From the human T2T-CHM13v2.0 reference genome, Homo sapiens, in contig CP068257.2 in assembly GCA_009914755.4 (NCBI GenBank), forward strand, positions 28,608,001 through 28,672,000: a stretch of DNA of 64,000 nucleotides, read 5' to 3'. Positions 15,015 through 30,175 of this stretch are shown here, in pieces; the stretch's first letter is position 1; each line of letters starts with the position of its first letter. The notes beneath the pieces were generated by a model. The model saw only the letters and a program-made list of their open reading frames with translations. It did no database searches and was not told where the DNA came from. The translations under genes and the position numbers were made by a program.

Positions 15015-15532
15015 AGTATTATTATTAACAGGAGTAATAACTAATACATCAATTACATTACTATGTGACAAGCTTTGTGTTTGAGCAAATATTCAACATG
15101 TTTTTGTTTGTGTGTGCACAATCTGGACAATTATATATGTTGATAAATATATAATGTACATGATTATAGGCATTACATGAAAAAACATGAGAAAATATAT
15201 AATTCGTTTTTTAAATGTGTATAATTTTTTGTTGAATTCAGTGTTAAATTTGTGTAAGTTAAATACATATATATTGTGACTCACTTATATTCTGTCTGGT
15301 TTTTCATTGCCCCAAATTTGATTAAAATTTATTCTTCAATCTTTCTGAAATGGGTTTAGTTTATAGAATGAGGAGTAAATCTAATAAAGCTATTCAAGGC
15401 CTCATCATATTTTCCCCAGCCTTAAAAAAAAAATCCAGAGAATAAGATCTAATTTCATAACATATGGAAATAATTGCATACCTTTAACATTACTGTTAAA
15501 AATCTCTTAAATCCATTAGAAAATAATAATAT

Positions 15533-15612
15533 TGTTTTTGACACAGGGTCTCACTCCGTCACCCAGGCTGGAGTACAGTAGTGAGATCACGGCTCACTGC
15601 AGCCTCCAACTT
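15533..15612 (-). mobile_element. Truncated Alu, antisense (poly-T end only), sharing its 110-bp flank with the Alu at 14722
   Basis: tttttgacacagggtctcactccgtcacccaggctggagtacagtagtgagatcacggctcactgcagcctcc. Confidence 0.7.
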
Positions 15613-16449
15613 CTCTTCACCAGCAAACAACCCAGGCCTAGATCTCCAAATTCTGAAATACAAAAATGCTGCCCTTTCTCATCTCAGTATTCAGAAGGTG
15701 GCAAAAAGCACTCTCCTTTTCAATCTTCAACTCCCTACCCCAATACAGATTTTCATACTGGCCTTGACTCAACAGCAGATCTTCTCTGCGCTCAGCATCC
15801 AGGGCTGCCCAACTTACACTCAGAGGGCTAATTAATTCCTGCCCCCTGGTGGTAAAATGTGTTGTCTTTAGGAACGTGAAAGCTTGGCTGCCCTAAGAGA
15901 GGTGAGAGACACCTTTTATTCCGTCCTGAAGAGATAATGGCCACAAAACAAGGTCTGATGTAGTTTCTCCATAGGCCACCCTGCTAGTATAACCTCTCAG
16001 TTACTCTCTCTGATTTATGTTTCCTCTTTAAATTCTGATTCGGGTATTTTGATGATCTGCTCAAACGGCTCTTGGCTCAAGTCATTCAGCTGGGCCCAGG
16101 TTTGATAGCAAATATGCTTGCAGAAAACCCAAGCTAAAGACATGTCAAACAAACTGGGCATAAAACACAACATCGAATCCTATTTTTTTTTTTCTGAATC
16201 TCCAACTCCCAAGTAATGTGTAGTTAAGGAGCACAGACAACAAGTTAATTCGGTGCTCCCCATAATTCCCAAGCCATGTTCAGGGCCCTGCCTTCTAAAA
16301 CTTTCAGGGGTTACCAAAGTATCTCTCTCAATGGACCTGTGCTTCCCATTTCGCTTGCTGAATTTGCAGGGAAGCAATACAGTGTCAAACTGTGGTTCTC
16401 AACCCAGGTGATGTGCCTGCCTCCCAACCCCACCTAGGACACATTTGGC

Positions 16450-16512
16450 AATTTTCACATTGTGTGCGTGTGTGTGTGCGCGCGCATGCGTGTATATGTG
16501 TGTGTGTGTTTT
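16450..16512. repeat. (TG)n/(GC) microsatellite
   Basis: tgtgtgcgtgtgtgtgtgcgcgcgcatgcgtgtatatgtgtgtgtgtg. Confidence 0.9.
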
Positions 16513-18544
16513 GAGGGTACCAGTGCTACTGGCATCTAGTGGGTAGAAACCAGGGATGCTGTTAAGCATCTTATGATACACAGTAAAGTCCCCATCTTCA
16601 ACTAATAATTCAGTCCAAATATCAATTGTGCTGAGGTTGTTAGGCCCTGGTGGAGAGGTTTAAAGATTCTGGAGTTAATCAGACTTGCTTTGTATCCTAA
16701 ATCTGTCTATTAGGTTCTCTGAAACCTAAGTATCGTCATATATACAACAGGAAAAATAAGTTTCACCTTAGGGTGGTGTAATGGCTAAATGAACTCATCC
16801 ATACAAAACACTTATCCACTTATCACAGTGTCCACAGAATAAGCACTTACCATATATGTTGTTATTATCACTAATTTTATTAACACTTCTCAGTTCAAAA
16901 TGAATAAAGAACTTTTCAAATTAAAATGAAAGACATATATTAGAATTCTAATAAAAATGTATTTGATACAAAAAAATTTACATACAATTTTTACCATCCT
17001 GCAGTAGAAGTGAAATGTTTCTTGCATTGCTACTCATTGGCACAATTGTTGGCTTTTGGTAACTTTTTTCATAACTGAAAATTGTTGCTCAAATATTTCT
17101 GCTATACCAAAGGAGTAACTCAGTATATGTGCAAATAAGTCATTTAAAATAGTTACCAAATACCATCAAACATATTATTTCTCTCCTGATTCAGTTCCCT
17201 TGGGTCAAAAGTCCTTATTCTTGGAGCTGGTAGAAAGACTTTCTCCACTGACACTATAAACGTTGTCTCTCTTGAGATATCTTATGTTTGTGTCAAGCTT
17301 GCTATCTTTAGGTACTCATAAAGTCATCAGTGTTTAAAGGAGCAGACCATGACAGGGTCCTTTCCACAGCACTGGGCCATCTCTTGTCACGGGCACCCAG
17401 GTATCTCATAAAAGTCTATCATGCAAGTAGTGTCTTCAATGTCTTCTCTCTGGTTCTCATTTCTTACAAGCGATTTCTTGAATTCTTGGAAAAAGTTTTT
17501 CATAGTAAAAAGAAATAATTCAAACACAGCTCTGTGTCTACCCTACTTTTCAAAAATTAACTCCTCTGCAACTTCATTTTAACAAAAACCTGCAAACCAA
17601 ACAACAACTTTAAAGGTAAACTTTGATTAAACACAAGAATTTACATTCCCAAAAAACAAAGAACTTAATCTCTTCACTGTGAGCTACTAATAAGATAATG
17701 GAAAATTGCTTTATATTTTTATATCTTAAGGTGTACCCTGGATGATTTGTATCATGTAAAGACACAGACTGCCCTGAAAACACATTGAAGTTTCTCTGAG
17801 GATAGAAATTGATTTCAATTTTTCTCTTCTTTCTCTATCTCTCCCGAACACCCCCTCCCCCACCACCCCACCACAATTTAAGTGTCTAATTAGCTAGAGC
17901 ATTTTGTTACGTATAGCATTATTTCAGAATGTACTCATATAAAATTTGAGCATTGTCTACACTTTTGAATGGGTTGCAGTAAATCCAACCCTATGTTGAT
18001 TTACAACTCTTGCAGTAAAATCATGGGATTAGAGCATTCTGCATTGGAATGAATCTTGTAGATCAAAAAACACTGAATTGGAATGTATTTTGTAGGCTAT
18101 TGGGTTCTAAATTTGGATATAAGGAAAGCGAAGGAAAGAAATGAGATGATACAAGTAGGCCCCACAGTGAGAGGGGACTGTGCTTCCTAAACTGAGATGG
18201 GAGATATGTGAGTTACACATGAGTTAATAAACTAAATACACATATAATTGGCTTACTTAAGGAAGAGGTCTAAGATACAGACCCTGTGCATAGTATTATA
18301 AAGATTGTATCATAGACACATGCCATCTGGGTTATTTGTCTAAGTACCTACAACCAAAGTATTCTCCAACAGAGATAATTAGGGGAAAAGACAGGACATT
18401 CTATATGATTTTTAAGAAAGGAGAATGAAGTGGAACAGAGTACTCGTGAAAGGTTCATACTTCAGAAATAGACGGTTAGCTATGGTTTCCATAGAAGAAT
18501 AAAATAAATGATAATCTGTCAGCTTAGATTGCTCTTAGAAAGCA

Positions 18545-19135
18545 AAGAAAGCAGTGTGGTGATTCCGCAAGAGCTAAAAACAGAACTACTATTTGACCCA
18601 GCAATCCCATTACTGGATATATACCCAGAGGAATATAAATCATTCTACCATAAAGACACATGCATGCAAATTCTCATTGTGGCACTTTTCACAATAGCAA
18701 AGACATGGAATCAACCTAAATGGCCATTAAGGACAGATTGAATAAAGAAAATGTGGTACATATACACCATGGAATACTGTGTAGCCATAAAAATGATATC
18801 ATATCTTTTGGGGGAACATGGATGGAGCTGGAGGCCTTTATCCTTAGCAAACTAACACAGGAAACTACAATCAAATACCACATGTTCTTACTTATAAGTG
18901 GGAGCTAAATGATGACAACTCATGGTCACAAAGGGAACAATAGACACTGGAGCCTACTTGAGGGTGGAGAGTGGGAGGAGGAAGAGAAGCAGAAAAAATA
19001 ACTGTTGGGTACTAGGCTTAGTAAGTGGGAGATGAAATAATCTGTACAACAAACTCCCAATACATGAGTTCACCTGTATAACAAACCTGTGCACATACTC
19101 CTGAACCAAAAATAAAGCTTTTCTAAATAAAGAAA
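18545..19135 (+). mobile_element. L1PA-type 3' end (ORF2 C-terminus + 3'UTR), sense
   Basis: ...cagaactactatttgacccagcaatcccattactggatatatacccagaggaatataaatcattctaccataaagacacatgcatgc...ggagcctacttgagggtggagagtgggaggag...gtacaacaaactcccaatacatgagttcacctgtataacaaacctgtgcacatact. Confidence 0.8.
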
Positions 19136-20187
19136 GCAAAGAGCAGACCCAAATAACATTTGTAGTACCTGAAGACTTACGTGCAAAATAGATCAATCAA
19201 CAGAGATATGCTGAATGAATTAACAAACCCAAAGAAAAGTTTTCTGTGTTTTTTGTTTTTCACAAAAGACCCTGTGTCTGTCTGATAATATATTTGAGGG
19301 AAGATTCGCATTTTGGAGGCCTTCATATTACAGAAAGTCAACGCTTACATGTATTATTTTTATGTCTATAAAAATAGCGACTGAGCCAACATGAGAATCA
19401 TAATAGTGTTTCCTTATTATCTTCTGTGACCAGTTTCTGTGTCCTTAAGGAGGGGCGATATGAAAATATATTATCAGTTATTATGTGCCTTTGTCTTGTT
19501 TACCTCTCAACCTTCTTGCAAACTTCTGATAAAATATATGTGTGCAATAAATATTTGTTCATTGAGAAAGAAAGGCTATGGAAAAAAAGAGCAGGGAGAG
19601 ATAAAAGTAAGGCTTTGAGTTATCAAAATGAAGTTTTCTAAAGCAAATTTTTTTGTTTCTGAATTCTGGAAATACAAAAGAAAACAGACAAATGAACAAG
19701 CAAACAATGAATAATTTCTAAAGTTTTCCAGTCTTGGGTTCTACCTGAGTATTATTTGTCCCATACAGAAAATCTCACTTTCCCTTCTTTCCCTCTAATG
19801 CCCACCTACTTCTTCCAAATCAAATTAGTCTTTTTTAATCATGCTAAGACACCACCATGAATAACTTATGGTTGTTTTATAGAATTATTTATTGACTTTC
19901 AAGAAGATGATTCTACCTTAACTGCTAAGTTCTGCACCGAAAAATTGAGAGTCTGTAGTCTCTTTAAAAGGCAACTAATTTAACAAGGAAAGATTCACCA
20001 ATCTCTTTCCTGTCATTTTCCAGAAAAAAAAAGTTTTGAATAATTTATTACCAGTTTCCTATTAGTAAATCAACACACGGCATAAATAAATAATTCCTTG
20101 TAGCTGGGGTTTTCCTTGTCATTAGAAATAGATAACCAGGGCCTTTTATGCTTGATGATAAATGTTTTTCCAAATATTTTGATTAAA

Positions 20188-20485
<298 letters not shown>

Positions 20486-20542
20486 TGATTAACTTCTTAA
20501 ATAAAATCAAGTGTTTACTCACTTTACTCTCCCATGGATTCA

Positions 20543-20884
<342 letters not shown>

Positions 20885-21185
20885 AAATTAATTGATCCCA
20901 GAAATCTCATCTAATATCCACAATGAAAGTTTAGGGTAGTCAAGATATAGGCCACACTTTTAGATGTCAGATATTGAATCAGCTATGTCAATGTAGACAT
21001 GATCTGCTCTATGGTAAGATATGTTGTATGCTGCTTGCTATGCCTACTGTAGGCGCTTAGTAAAGATAGGGGGATGGAAATGTAAATACATGTATAAATT
21101 CAATCTTGGATTGCAGGTTTCTCCTCAGAAAAAAAGTAGAAAAGTGACAGTTTTTCATGATTTAGCACTGATTAACATGATTCAC

Positions 21186-21751
21186 AGCTTCTTTCTTCTC
21201 TCTCTCTCTTTTTCTTGGTGGCATAAGGACAAACTTTATTGAGAACAGCACTAGTTCTCTTTCTCCTGCCCGGTCTTGGTTCCCTAGACTATCCCGTCTG
21301 GCGGGCAGCAATGAGACCCACTTTGGCCAGCAGAGGCATCTCTGCAGATGGTGGAGGGCTTGCCGATGTGCTGGTGGCTGCCACCTCCCTCCGAAATGAT
21401 GCTCCACAGGGTTCATGTTCACACCCCACCCCGTACTTGTGGCCAGCAGTTCCTCTTTGCCTTATATCTGTGGTATGCCCAGCCAGCCTTCAGGATGGGT
21501 TTGTCAATTTGGCCACCTCCAGCCACCACACCAACCACAGCTCTGTTGGCTGAGGAGGTAACCTTCTTGGAGCCAGAGGGTAGCTTTACACGGCTCTTCT
21601 TGGTCTCAGGATTGTGGGAGATAACTGTGGCATAGTTCCCTGATGCCTGGGTCAGCTTGCCATGGTCTCTAGGCTTCTCCTCCAAGCAGCACATGATTGT
21701 ACCTCTCAGGCATGGTATCCACAGAGAGAACATTGCCAATGTTGAGCTGGG
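21186..21751 (-). pseudogene. RPL8P: Processed pseudogene of ribosomal protein L8 (uL2), 5'-truncated, covering about aa 93 to the C-terminus plus the 3'UTR
   Basis: Minus-strand ORFs (21419..21757 and 21162..21422) translate to AQLNIGNVL...[87 protein letters not shown] and MNPVEHHFGG..., recognisable as the RPL8 C-terminal half with a frameshift and substitutions. A GC-rich intronless block sits in an AT-rich region. The RPL8 3'UTR motif aataaagtttgtccttatgcc is followed by a degenerate A/GA-rich tail (plus-strand 21186..21219). Confidence 0.8.
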
Positions 21752-23269
21752 CAACATTTTACTATTTCATATTAAAATGAGGTTTAATATTTTATAATAA
21801 TGGTGCTAGAATTTCAATTCATAATTTGAAAATGTAACAAGCATTTTTTTAAAGACTCTGTCTCTCAAGCCCTCCACAAAATGTGACCTCTTCCCACAAT
21901 CAATTGAGACTTGCAGTGGCAAACCCCTCTCTTGCTGAATTTGATTGATCCACCTTCCATCCTGATTTCCACAGAGACCCTGGGCTGGTGCTGATGGAGC
22001 ATTTTTTGTCATGGGGGAGGAAATGATCCTTTCAGAACATTTAGCAATAAAAGCAGTGCAAAAATAAATCAACGTCCCTGACCTTTCTCTCTCCCTATTT
22101 TTGGCAACAAACCTTTTACTCCAAGTTGTCATTTTTCTACCCATGCTCAGAATCACCTTCTTATTCTCCAGGTGTTCCTAAAACTTCTCCATAAATTTCT
22201 CAGTGGCGTCTCCATTTCTTTCTATTTCCAGTTATGTCCCCATGGCTGGCTTTGAGACCGTTAGTATCACGTATTAATTATTCATCTTCTGTCATCTTCC
22301 TACCTTACATTCCACTACTGGTAGTAATTTAGCTGATTATTTTCTGTATTTTCAGTAAAAGCCTTGTTAAATGAAAATCCTTAAACATGTATTCTGTGAA
22401 CAGGTTCTCACCATTATCTATAATAATAATATAGATTGAGTATCCTTAATCTGAAAATCCAAAATTCAAAATGTTTCAAAATCCAAAACTTTTTTAAAAA
22501 ATTGTATTTTATTTTAGGTCCTGGGATACTTGGGCAGAATGTGCAGGTTTCTTACATAGGTAAACGTGTGCCATGGTGGTTTGCTGCACTTATCCCAAAA
22601 CTTTCTCAGCAGTGACATAATATTAGAAGGAAATGCTCCTTGGAACATTTCAGATTTGGGATTTTCAAATTTGGGATGCTGAACCATTGTAATGCAAATA
22701 TTCCATGATCCGAACAAATCTGAAATCCAGAATGCCTTTGGTCCCAAGCACTTTGGATGAGGGATGCTCAATCCGTAATAACAGTAGCTGTGGTAATAGC
22801 TATCTTTCACTAAGTAGCTACATTATTCCTGGTACATTTCTAAGCTCTTTAAAATATACGTATTGTCTCATTTAGCCCTTACCATCACTTGATGGAGTTT
22901 TATTGCAATCCCTATTTTACAGACGAGGAAACTGACATGTAGAGTCTGAAAGTAGCATCTCAGGCCCCATGCTTGTAGGCCTACAATTCAAACTCAGGCT
23001 CTTCTGCCTGGAGACTTTATGCTTTACTATTCTATACCGCTCCTAGATGTGGGAGAGCTAACCCACAAGGTTTACATATTCTAAATTTTAGCAACTGATG
23101 TCAAATTGACCTTAAAATGGACGCTATAAATTTAACTCCCATTATAGTTAGTAATAGTTATAATTAGTAAGCATGAATAAGACCTGCTATTTGATAGCAA
23201 AACAGGTGACAGTAGTCAATAATAATTTAATTGTATATTTTAAAATAACTAAAAGAGTATAATAAGATT

Positions 23270-23410
23270 ACATGTAAAGGGATGGATATCCTATTCTCCA
23301 TGATGTGGTTATTATGAATTGCATGCCTGTATCAAAACATTTCATGTACTCCATAAATATATACACCATGTAGCTACAAAAATTTAAAATTAAAATTAAA
23401 AAAAATAATA
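23270..23410 (+). mobile_element. L1 3'UTR terminal fragment
   Basis: ggatggatatcctattctccatgatgtggttattatgaattgcatgcctgtatcaaaacatttcatgtactccataaatatatacaccatg... resembles the L1 end seen at 12190..12300. Confidence 0.5.
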
Positions 23411-25189
23411 AATTTAACTCCCAGAAATATTGAACAATAGTGGTGCTTTCAGTCTTTTATTTATATCTACCTACCAGATCAGGAAAACCAAAATCTCAGG
23501 TCTTAAAATGTGTATTCCTGGGTGTTGAAGGCCGAACGAATGAGGGTCATGATCAACTCAGTATACCACTGAAGGCCATATGAGTAAACAGCAAACTGTT
23601 TCTCATGAAAGCAGGATGTTGGCAAACTGACAAACTGGGTCTGCCACCCAGAAGGAATGCTAAGGGCTGCCACGACCCAGGCACAAGTGTTTCTTGTGAT
23701 TAGGCACATCTGAAGCCTGTTAGCAATAAAGTGAACCTGTGATCAATGAAGCAGCTGACCAATTGTTACCTCCTCCTCCCTGCTCTTTCTACTCAATAAA
23801 TACGAAGGGCTGTAGAAGCTCAGCACGGCTGCCTTTGCTCATTAGGAGAAGGGAGCCCTTTTCTTCTTCCCCTGGCCCCTTCCTTTAAAATAGTTTCTTT
23901 TGTCTGAAGCTTTCATTTCTATGTTCTTCCTCCTTCGTTCAGTCTCCTAATGACAGTCTCAGGTAGTAACAGTAGTAACTGCCGTAGTGATAGTCTCAAG
24001 TAGTAACTGTGGAAGTCTGCCATACCTGGGGGCAAATTTTAGCCATAAAAATATACTGTATTCTTCAGTGCATTAGTCTGAATTGTTGAATGTTGGAAGT
24101 GAAAGAATACAGAGTGGTACTATAGCCTCCTATTTTATGATGGTAAAACCTGAGTATCTGAGGGTTAATATGACTTCCATAAGTTTCCACATAGAAATAC
24201 AAGGTTTGGGGAGAGCTCAGATGTTTTCTATCTTTTAAAATGCTATTTCTGCTCATCAGCACTGCCTCCTATAACCACTTCTTTAGAAATTACACTTAAG
24301 TAAAGGATTTCATGTTGATTATTTGATAGATGTGCCAAAATACTGTGCTGGACATTGAATGCTCATGCTAGAGGTCAAAGAAGGCACCTAGGAAGGCAGG
24401 ATGTAGGATAATAAGTCCTCTTTTCTAACCTCTTGTACTATTCTCATGAAAAATAAAATACTAAGAGAATAGAAAATGAAGGAAAACCCTATGCGTAGAA
24501 TCAGCCCGTACGTTTCTGGCTACCCACCAAGCATACTTATTTTAGCATTTGTTTATGATACAGACTTTGTGATTACAAAAGCAGCCATAGATTATCCAAA
24601 CCACTAATGTGAAGACGAGTAACAGAATTGTGAAATTGGAATGCATCCCAGAATTAATTGTAGATAAAGGCCTATCATGCCATATGACAGACAAGTGATT
24701 GAGGACTAGAGACGTTAAATTACTTGCCCAAAGTAACACTGCTAGTTAGTATCGAAACCAGAATTTGAATTTAAGTTTTCTAAATGTATACATTTCCATA
24801 AAAGTAAGAATCGATCTACTCAACTTGTTCAACAAATGACTATTAAGGGATTATTAATTGCCAGACAATAATCTAGCCATTGACAATTTGATGGCAAGAC
24901 AGATATCTTTACTATTTCCCTGGCATTAATCACCAGTGGGGTTAGAGAATGTGGAGAATGACACCCCCACCTCCAAGTCTCAGCTCTCAGTGTTGACGTC
25001 CATGTGGCGGGAACACCACTAGGAAAAAGTTTCTGACCTCCCTCTGTCCATTAGGCAGGTAGAGGGAGGTTTTCTTGTCTGATCAATGGGCTTGGATATG
25101 GAATTAGGCATGCTTAATCAGCACCTCCTTTCCTTCCCATCAGGTAGCTTCTATTCTGCTCTACTTCTCTCCTAAGCGTGATTAGGACT

Positions 25190-25575
25190 CCAGTGGTCTA
25201 GCACCGTCTGTCTCTAGGTGAATGTCTTAGCCCATTTGGGCTGCTGTAACAGAAGTACCATAAATTGAGTGGGTTATCAATAACAGAAGTGTATTTATTA
25301 TAGTTCTGGAGTCTGGAAAACAACCAAGGCACTGGCAGACCCAGTATCTGATGAGGGCCAGCTTCCTGGTTGAAGACTGCCAACTTCTTTGTATCTTCAC
25401 ACGGTGGAAGGGGCAAGGCAGTTCTCTCTGATTGTTTTATAAGAGCATTAATCCCATTCATAGACGGCTTCTCCCTCATGACCTAATTATCATCTCCTAA
25501 ATGCTCTATCTCCTAATACCATCAAGTTGGGGGTTAGGATTTCAACATATGAATTTTGGAGGGAACATAAATATC
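25190..25575 (+). mobile_element. Old interspersed repeat (LTR/MaLR-like family, name not asserted)
   Basis: gtcttagcccatttgggctgctgtaacagaagtaccataaattgagtgggttatcaataacagaagtgtatttattatagttctggagtctggaaaacaaccaagg...ataagagcattaatcccattcatag...cctcatgacctaatt...cctaataccatcaagttgggggttaggatttcaacatatgaattttggagggaacataaatatccag resembles a very common mammalian repeat consensus. Confidence 0.45.
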
Positions 25576-25870
25576 CAGGCCATAGCAACAGCTCAATCTA
25601 TTTAATTCTGGAATTAATATCAGGAACACCTCTTACCTTTATATAGAGTCACCTATCTCTGTGAGAAGTAATTTCAGTAGTAAAAACAGCAGTTTACTCT
25701 TATTTGCTGACTCTTTTATTCTATTTTTCATTTGGTTCAAAAATTGCTGAGGGAAAGGAGTGTTACATTTGGGATCGCCATCAAACCTAACACAAAAATT
25801 CAGATCAATTTTTATGTAGCAAAAGTCGAAGGCCCTATAGAAACATGCAAGGGTAGTTTAGAAGATATGA

Positions 25871-26280
<410 letters not shown>

Positions 26281-28531
26281 TGAAATAGGCATCTTTTATA
26301 CTGAAATGATATTATAATTCACTAGAGAGAGATTCATTACAATGTGTGCCTATTCTAAACCTCACCCAAGAGTTTCTTTGCTCACATAGGTATAGGATAG
26401 TGACTCATACCACGGACCTTTGAGGCATAATTAAAGCAAAAACCTAAAATATTTTCTTCTTTAAGAAAAAAAACAGTCTTCTGGTCAACTACGTATTAAA
26501 TGCACTTATGATTTTTATAGATGTAGCCTAAAATGACAAGTATATAGCATAAACTCTAAGAGTTAGCTCAGAAGAACAAATGCGGTCTGTGATGGTTATG
26601 AAGGTATGGTCTGTTTTAAACGTTACTTGTTATGTTCTGTCAACAGGGGGCACTAGAGAGTAACAGGCAGGAGGAGAAAGGAACTGTTCCTTCTTTGCCT
26701 TTCTGTTTCTGTAATGTCACTGTGGCAATGGCAGTTGGTTCCAGTTCCCCCCTCCCACCTTCTGATTTGAAGAACTAGTCTCATTGAATTCCCACCAGAG
26801 ACCAGCACACCCCAACAGCAGTGCCCCCTCCATAGAGGTCTGGCTCACCATTCCACAGGGTCCCCCTGTTCCACCGTCTGAACTGTGCCTCTCTTCAGAG
26901 ATCAGTCTCACTCCCCTAGCACTTATTGGATTCTAGCAACCCTGACTTCTTCCCTTTGTCCCAGATCTCACGGGTGAGGCTGCTTCCTGCAATTACTATC
27001 CCCATCATCTTGGCATTTCCAGTCCTCTAATACATGCCTAACCAATTCTCTATATTATATTGCCCTGGTTTCTGTTTTCCTGCGTGGACTCTGAGCAGTT
27101 GCCCAATGCTAGGCATACCATATACATTTAGGAAAAGTTAAACTCCCAAATGGGCTTTCTCCAACCACTCTGGATCCACAGCTAACATTCAATATCCAAG
27201 TCAGTTCTAGAACATGTCAGCATCATCCACTCATCAAATCAGTAGTCATGTGAACAGATGGTGCTCAGTAGCACTTCTAGAAGTAAAATGTTAAAGAAGA
27301 AAGTTCTCAAACAAAAACCCTTGACCATCATACTTATTGCACAGTATCTTTGCAATTAGGGCAAGGGTCAAAAGCCGGCAATATGAACTGGTTTCTGAGA
27401 AATAAGCTTAAATTATTTATGCATTCTTTAAAATTGTTTCTAAGTTACATTATTTTACAACTAAAGTTGCCTCCAGACAAGAATAACGAGAGAGAATGAG
27501 ACAAAGAAAAAGGATGTTTGGGGGTACGGGGCAAAGGAAACAGAACTGCTTGTTCTTGCCTTATGTTGAAATTCCATTCTTCAGACTGATTTAGCAACTA
27601 TAATAAAACTCACTCAGCAGTTTGAAAAACTAAATAAAAATTATCCTCATTGCTTTTTCTGAGCCTGTAAAAGATTGTAGTTTTTAATGATAATCCATTT
27701 GTGGAGTCTTCCATTGCCCACTATCTCTCCCTGTGATCAGGTTATATTCTGGTGCCCGGCTAAAATCAACTTTTGATCTTCAGCATTCCTTGAGTTTCTA
27801 ATTATGATGATCTCACCTATCAGTGTGCCTCTCCTTTCTTTGTTTGCATTTTCCTTTTATTTTATGGCTGTAGAAATAAACACATGTTATCTCTGGATCT
27901 TCATATCAGGAGGGGATATATGACTTGATAAGCTTTCTCATCAGCTGTTGAAAATAGTCAGATTCCAGCCCAACCAAACTGGAGTTAATATGTTGCTTGC
28001 AAAAATATGTCAGACTTTTTATTGTGTTACTCTTTTAAAAGGTTAATAATTGTAGAGTTTAAATGGTCAAGGTTAAGGTGAACCTTATTATTACCTGATT
28101 ATGATATTTAATGTCTTTAGTTGTGAAATCAGTTCCATCAGACATGGGGCCTGGTGTCTACTGAAAGCTTTAATGATCTGGCCCGGGGTCCAGGCAGATT
28201 TTACTAGTACACTTAGGTACATGTGTTTTACAAGAAGGGTGGAGTCTCTCAGTTAAAATGACTGCAGTTTGCAGCTTCTCTTCCGAAAATTAACTCATGG
28301 AGGAAATTCTGGTCTCCTATGGCACTTCCTCTGTTTTTCTTCTTTTGAAACATAAATTAGCATTAGCCCAAACACAGGGTCTTGAGGAAATATGTAAGTT
28401 AGGTATAAAGCTTCCATTGGTAGCTCTTGGCAATTCAGTAATTAAGGTGTAACAAAACTAAATGCATCTCTACTGATTTAATGGCTTATTTGTGACATGT
28501 AATAAAAATATGCCTGTATCTTTAAAAGTCA

Positions 28532-28974
<443 letters not shown>

Positions 28975-29861
28975 TCATCATATTTTAGAGGTGTAAGTGT
29001 TCATTAAATTCAACCTCTTCTTTTTTTCTGGTAGGGAATCTGAGGCCCAGAGACAAAATGTGACAATACCAGCACTAGAGAATAACCTCCTATTCCCAAG
29101 CCCAGTCTCCTTTTACGACTCTGTGCCCTGTCTCTTGTCTCCAGTCATCTGCCTGACTTGGCTGCAGTGACAGGCATCATCTCTACTTCCCACAAATATG
29201 TATGTGGTCCCACAGGCCACCAGGCAACTATCCAAATGGCCTTTAGATTTTATGTAGAAAAGTTGAAGGACTGTTCACTTGCAAGAATTCATTGGTTTTA
29301 TATTTTAAAGACTTAAATGATCCGGGAAATTGCTTTCTCGGTCCCATGTTCTGTCTCAGGATAGCAAAATATATAGGGCATCCCTGCGATTGGACACAGA
29401 CTTCTAAAATCAACACGATGTTTCTAACAGCCTTGTTCACTGATACCCTCAACCCTATTTGGTAGTGATCATGAAAACCCTCTGCCTTTAACAGTTTATT
29501 TTAGAATATGTTGCATAGCTATTTCTGAAGCTGTTTACATGGAGATAATGATAAATATGCACCAAGTTTCATGTATGGAATAAAGTTTCATAACTTGGTA
29601 AACAGATGTTGACGGCATGGAATGATGTTTTGCAATCACTGAAAACAGCAGAACTTCTGGGCTTGGGACTCTGGGGTTGAGGTCCCCTTATGCTTTTGAT
29701 TACCACAGAATGTGAGCCTACACTGGAATCAGAAGAATAAAATTGTGCCCTAAATTTAGATTAGAGAAGGATTTGGGGCTGGTTTTGTGTCTGGTTAAAC
29801 CATCATCACCTAAAATTATTGTTTCAGTGTGTGCTTCCTGGAAATATGTATCCCAGAATAT

Positions 29862-30175
29862 TTTTTGAATTTTTATTTTTAGAGACAGTCTTGTTCTGTT
29901 GCCCGGGCTGGAGTGCAGAGGGGTGCAATTATAGCTCACTGCAGCCTCAAACTCCTGGGCTCAAGTGATCCTCTCATCTCAGCTTTCCAAACAGCTGGGA
30001 CTATAGACATAATCATGCCCAGCTAATTTTTATATTCTTTTCTTTTTTATTTTTAGAGGTGAAGTGAAGTCTTACTACTTTGCCCAGGCTGGTCTTCAGC
30101 TCCTGGCCTGAAGCCATCCTCCCATCTCAGCCTCCCTATTAGCTGAGATTACAGGCTCAAGCCAACATGACCAGC
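29862..30175 (-). mobile_element. Old (AluJ-like) Alu, antisense
   Basis: tttttagagacagtcttgttctgttgcccgggctggagtgcagaggggtgcaattatagctcactgcagcctcaaactcctgggctcaagtgatcc...ctgagattacaggctcaagccaacatgaccagc. Divergent, with few CpGs. Confidence 0.8.

Noticed and set aside
22400-22800. Possible DNA-transposon/L1 composite (tccaaaattcaaaatgtttcaaaatccaaaa..., gcagcaaaccaccatggcacacgtttacc)
   Set aside because: It is recognisably repetitive, but I cannot assign a family or boundaries confidently by eye. It is left unannotated.
23510-23960. Possible LTR-like element with aataaa motifs
   Set aside because: I could not identify termini or a TSD with confidence.
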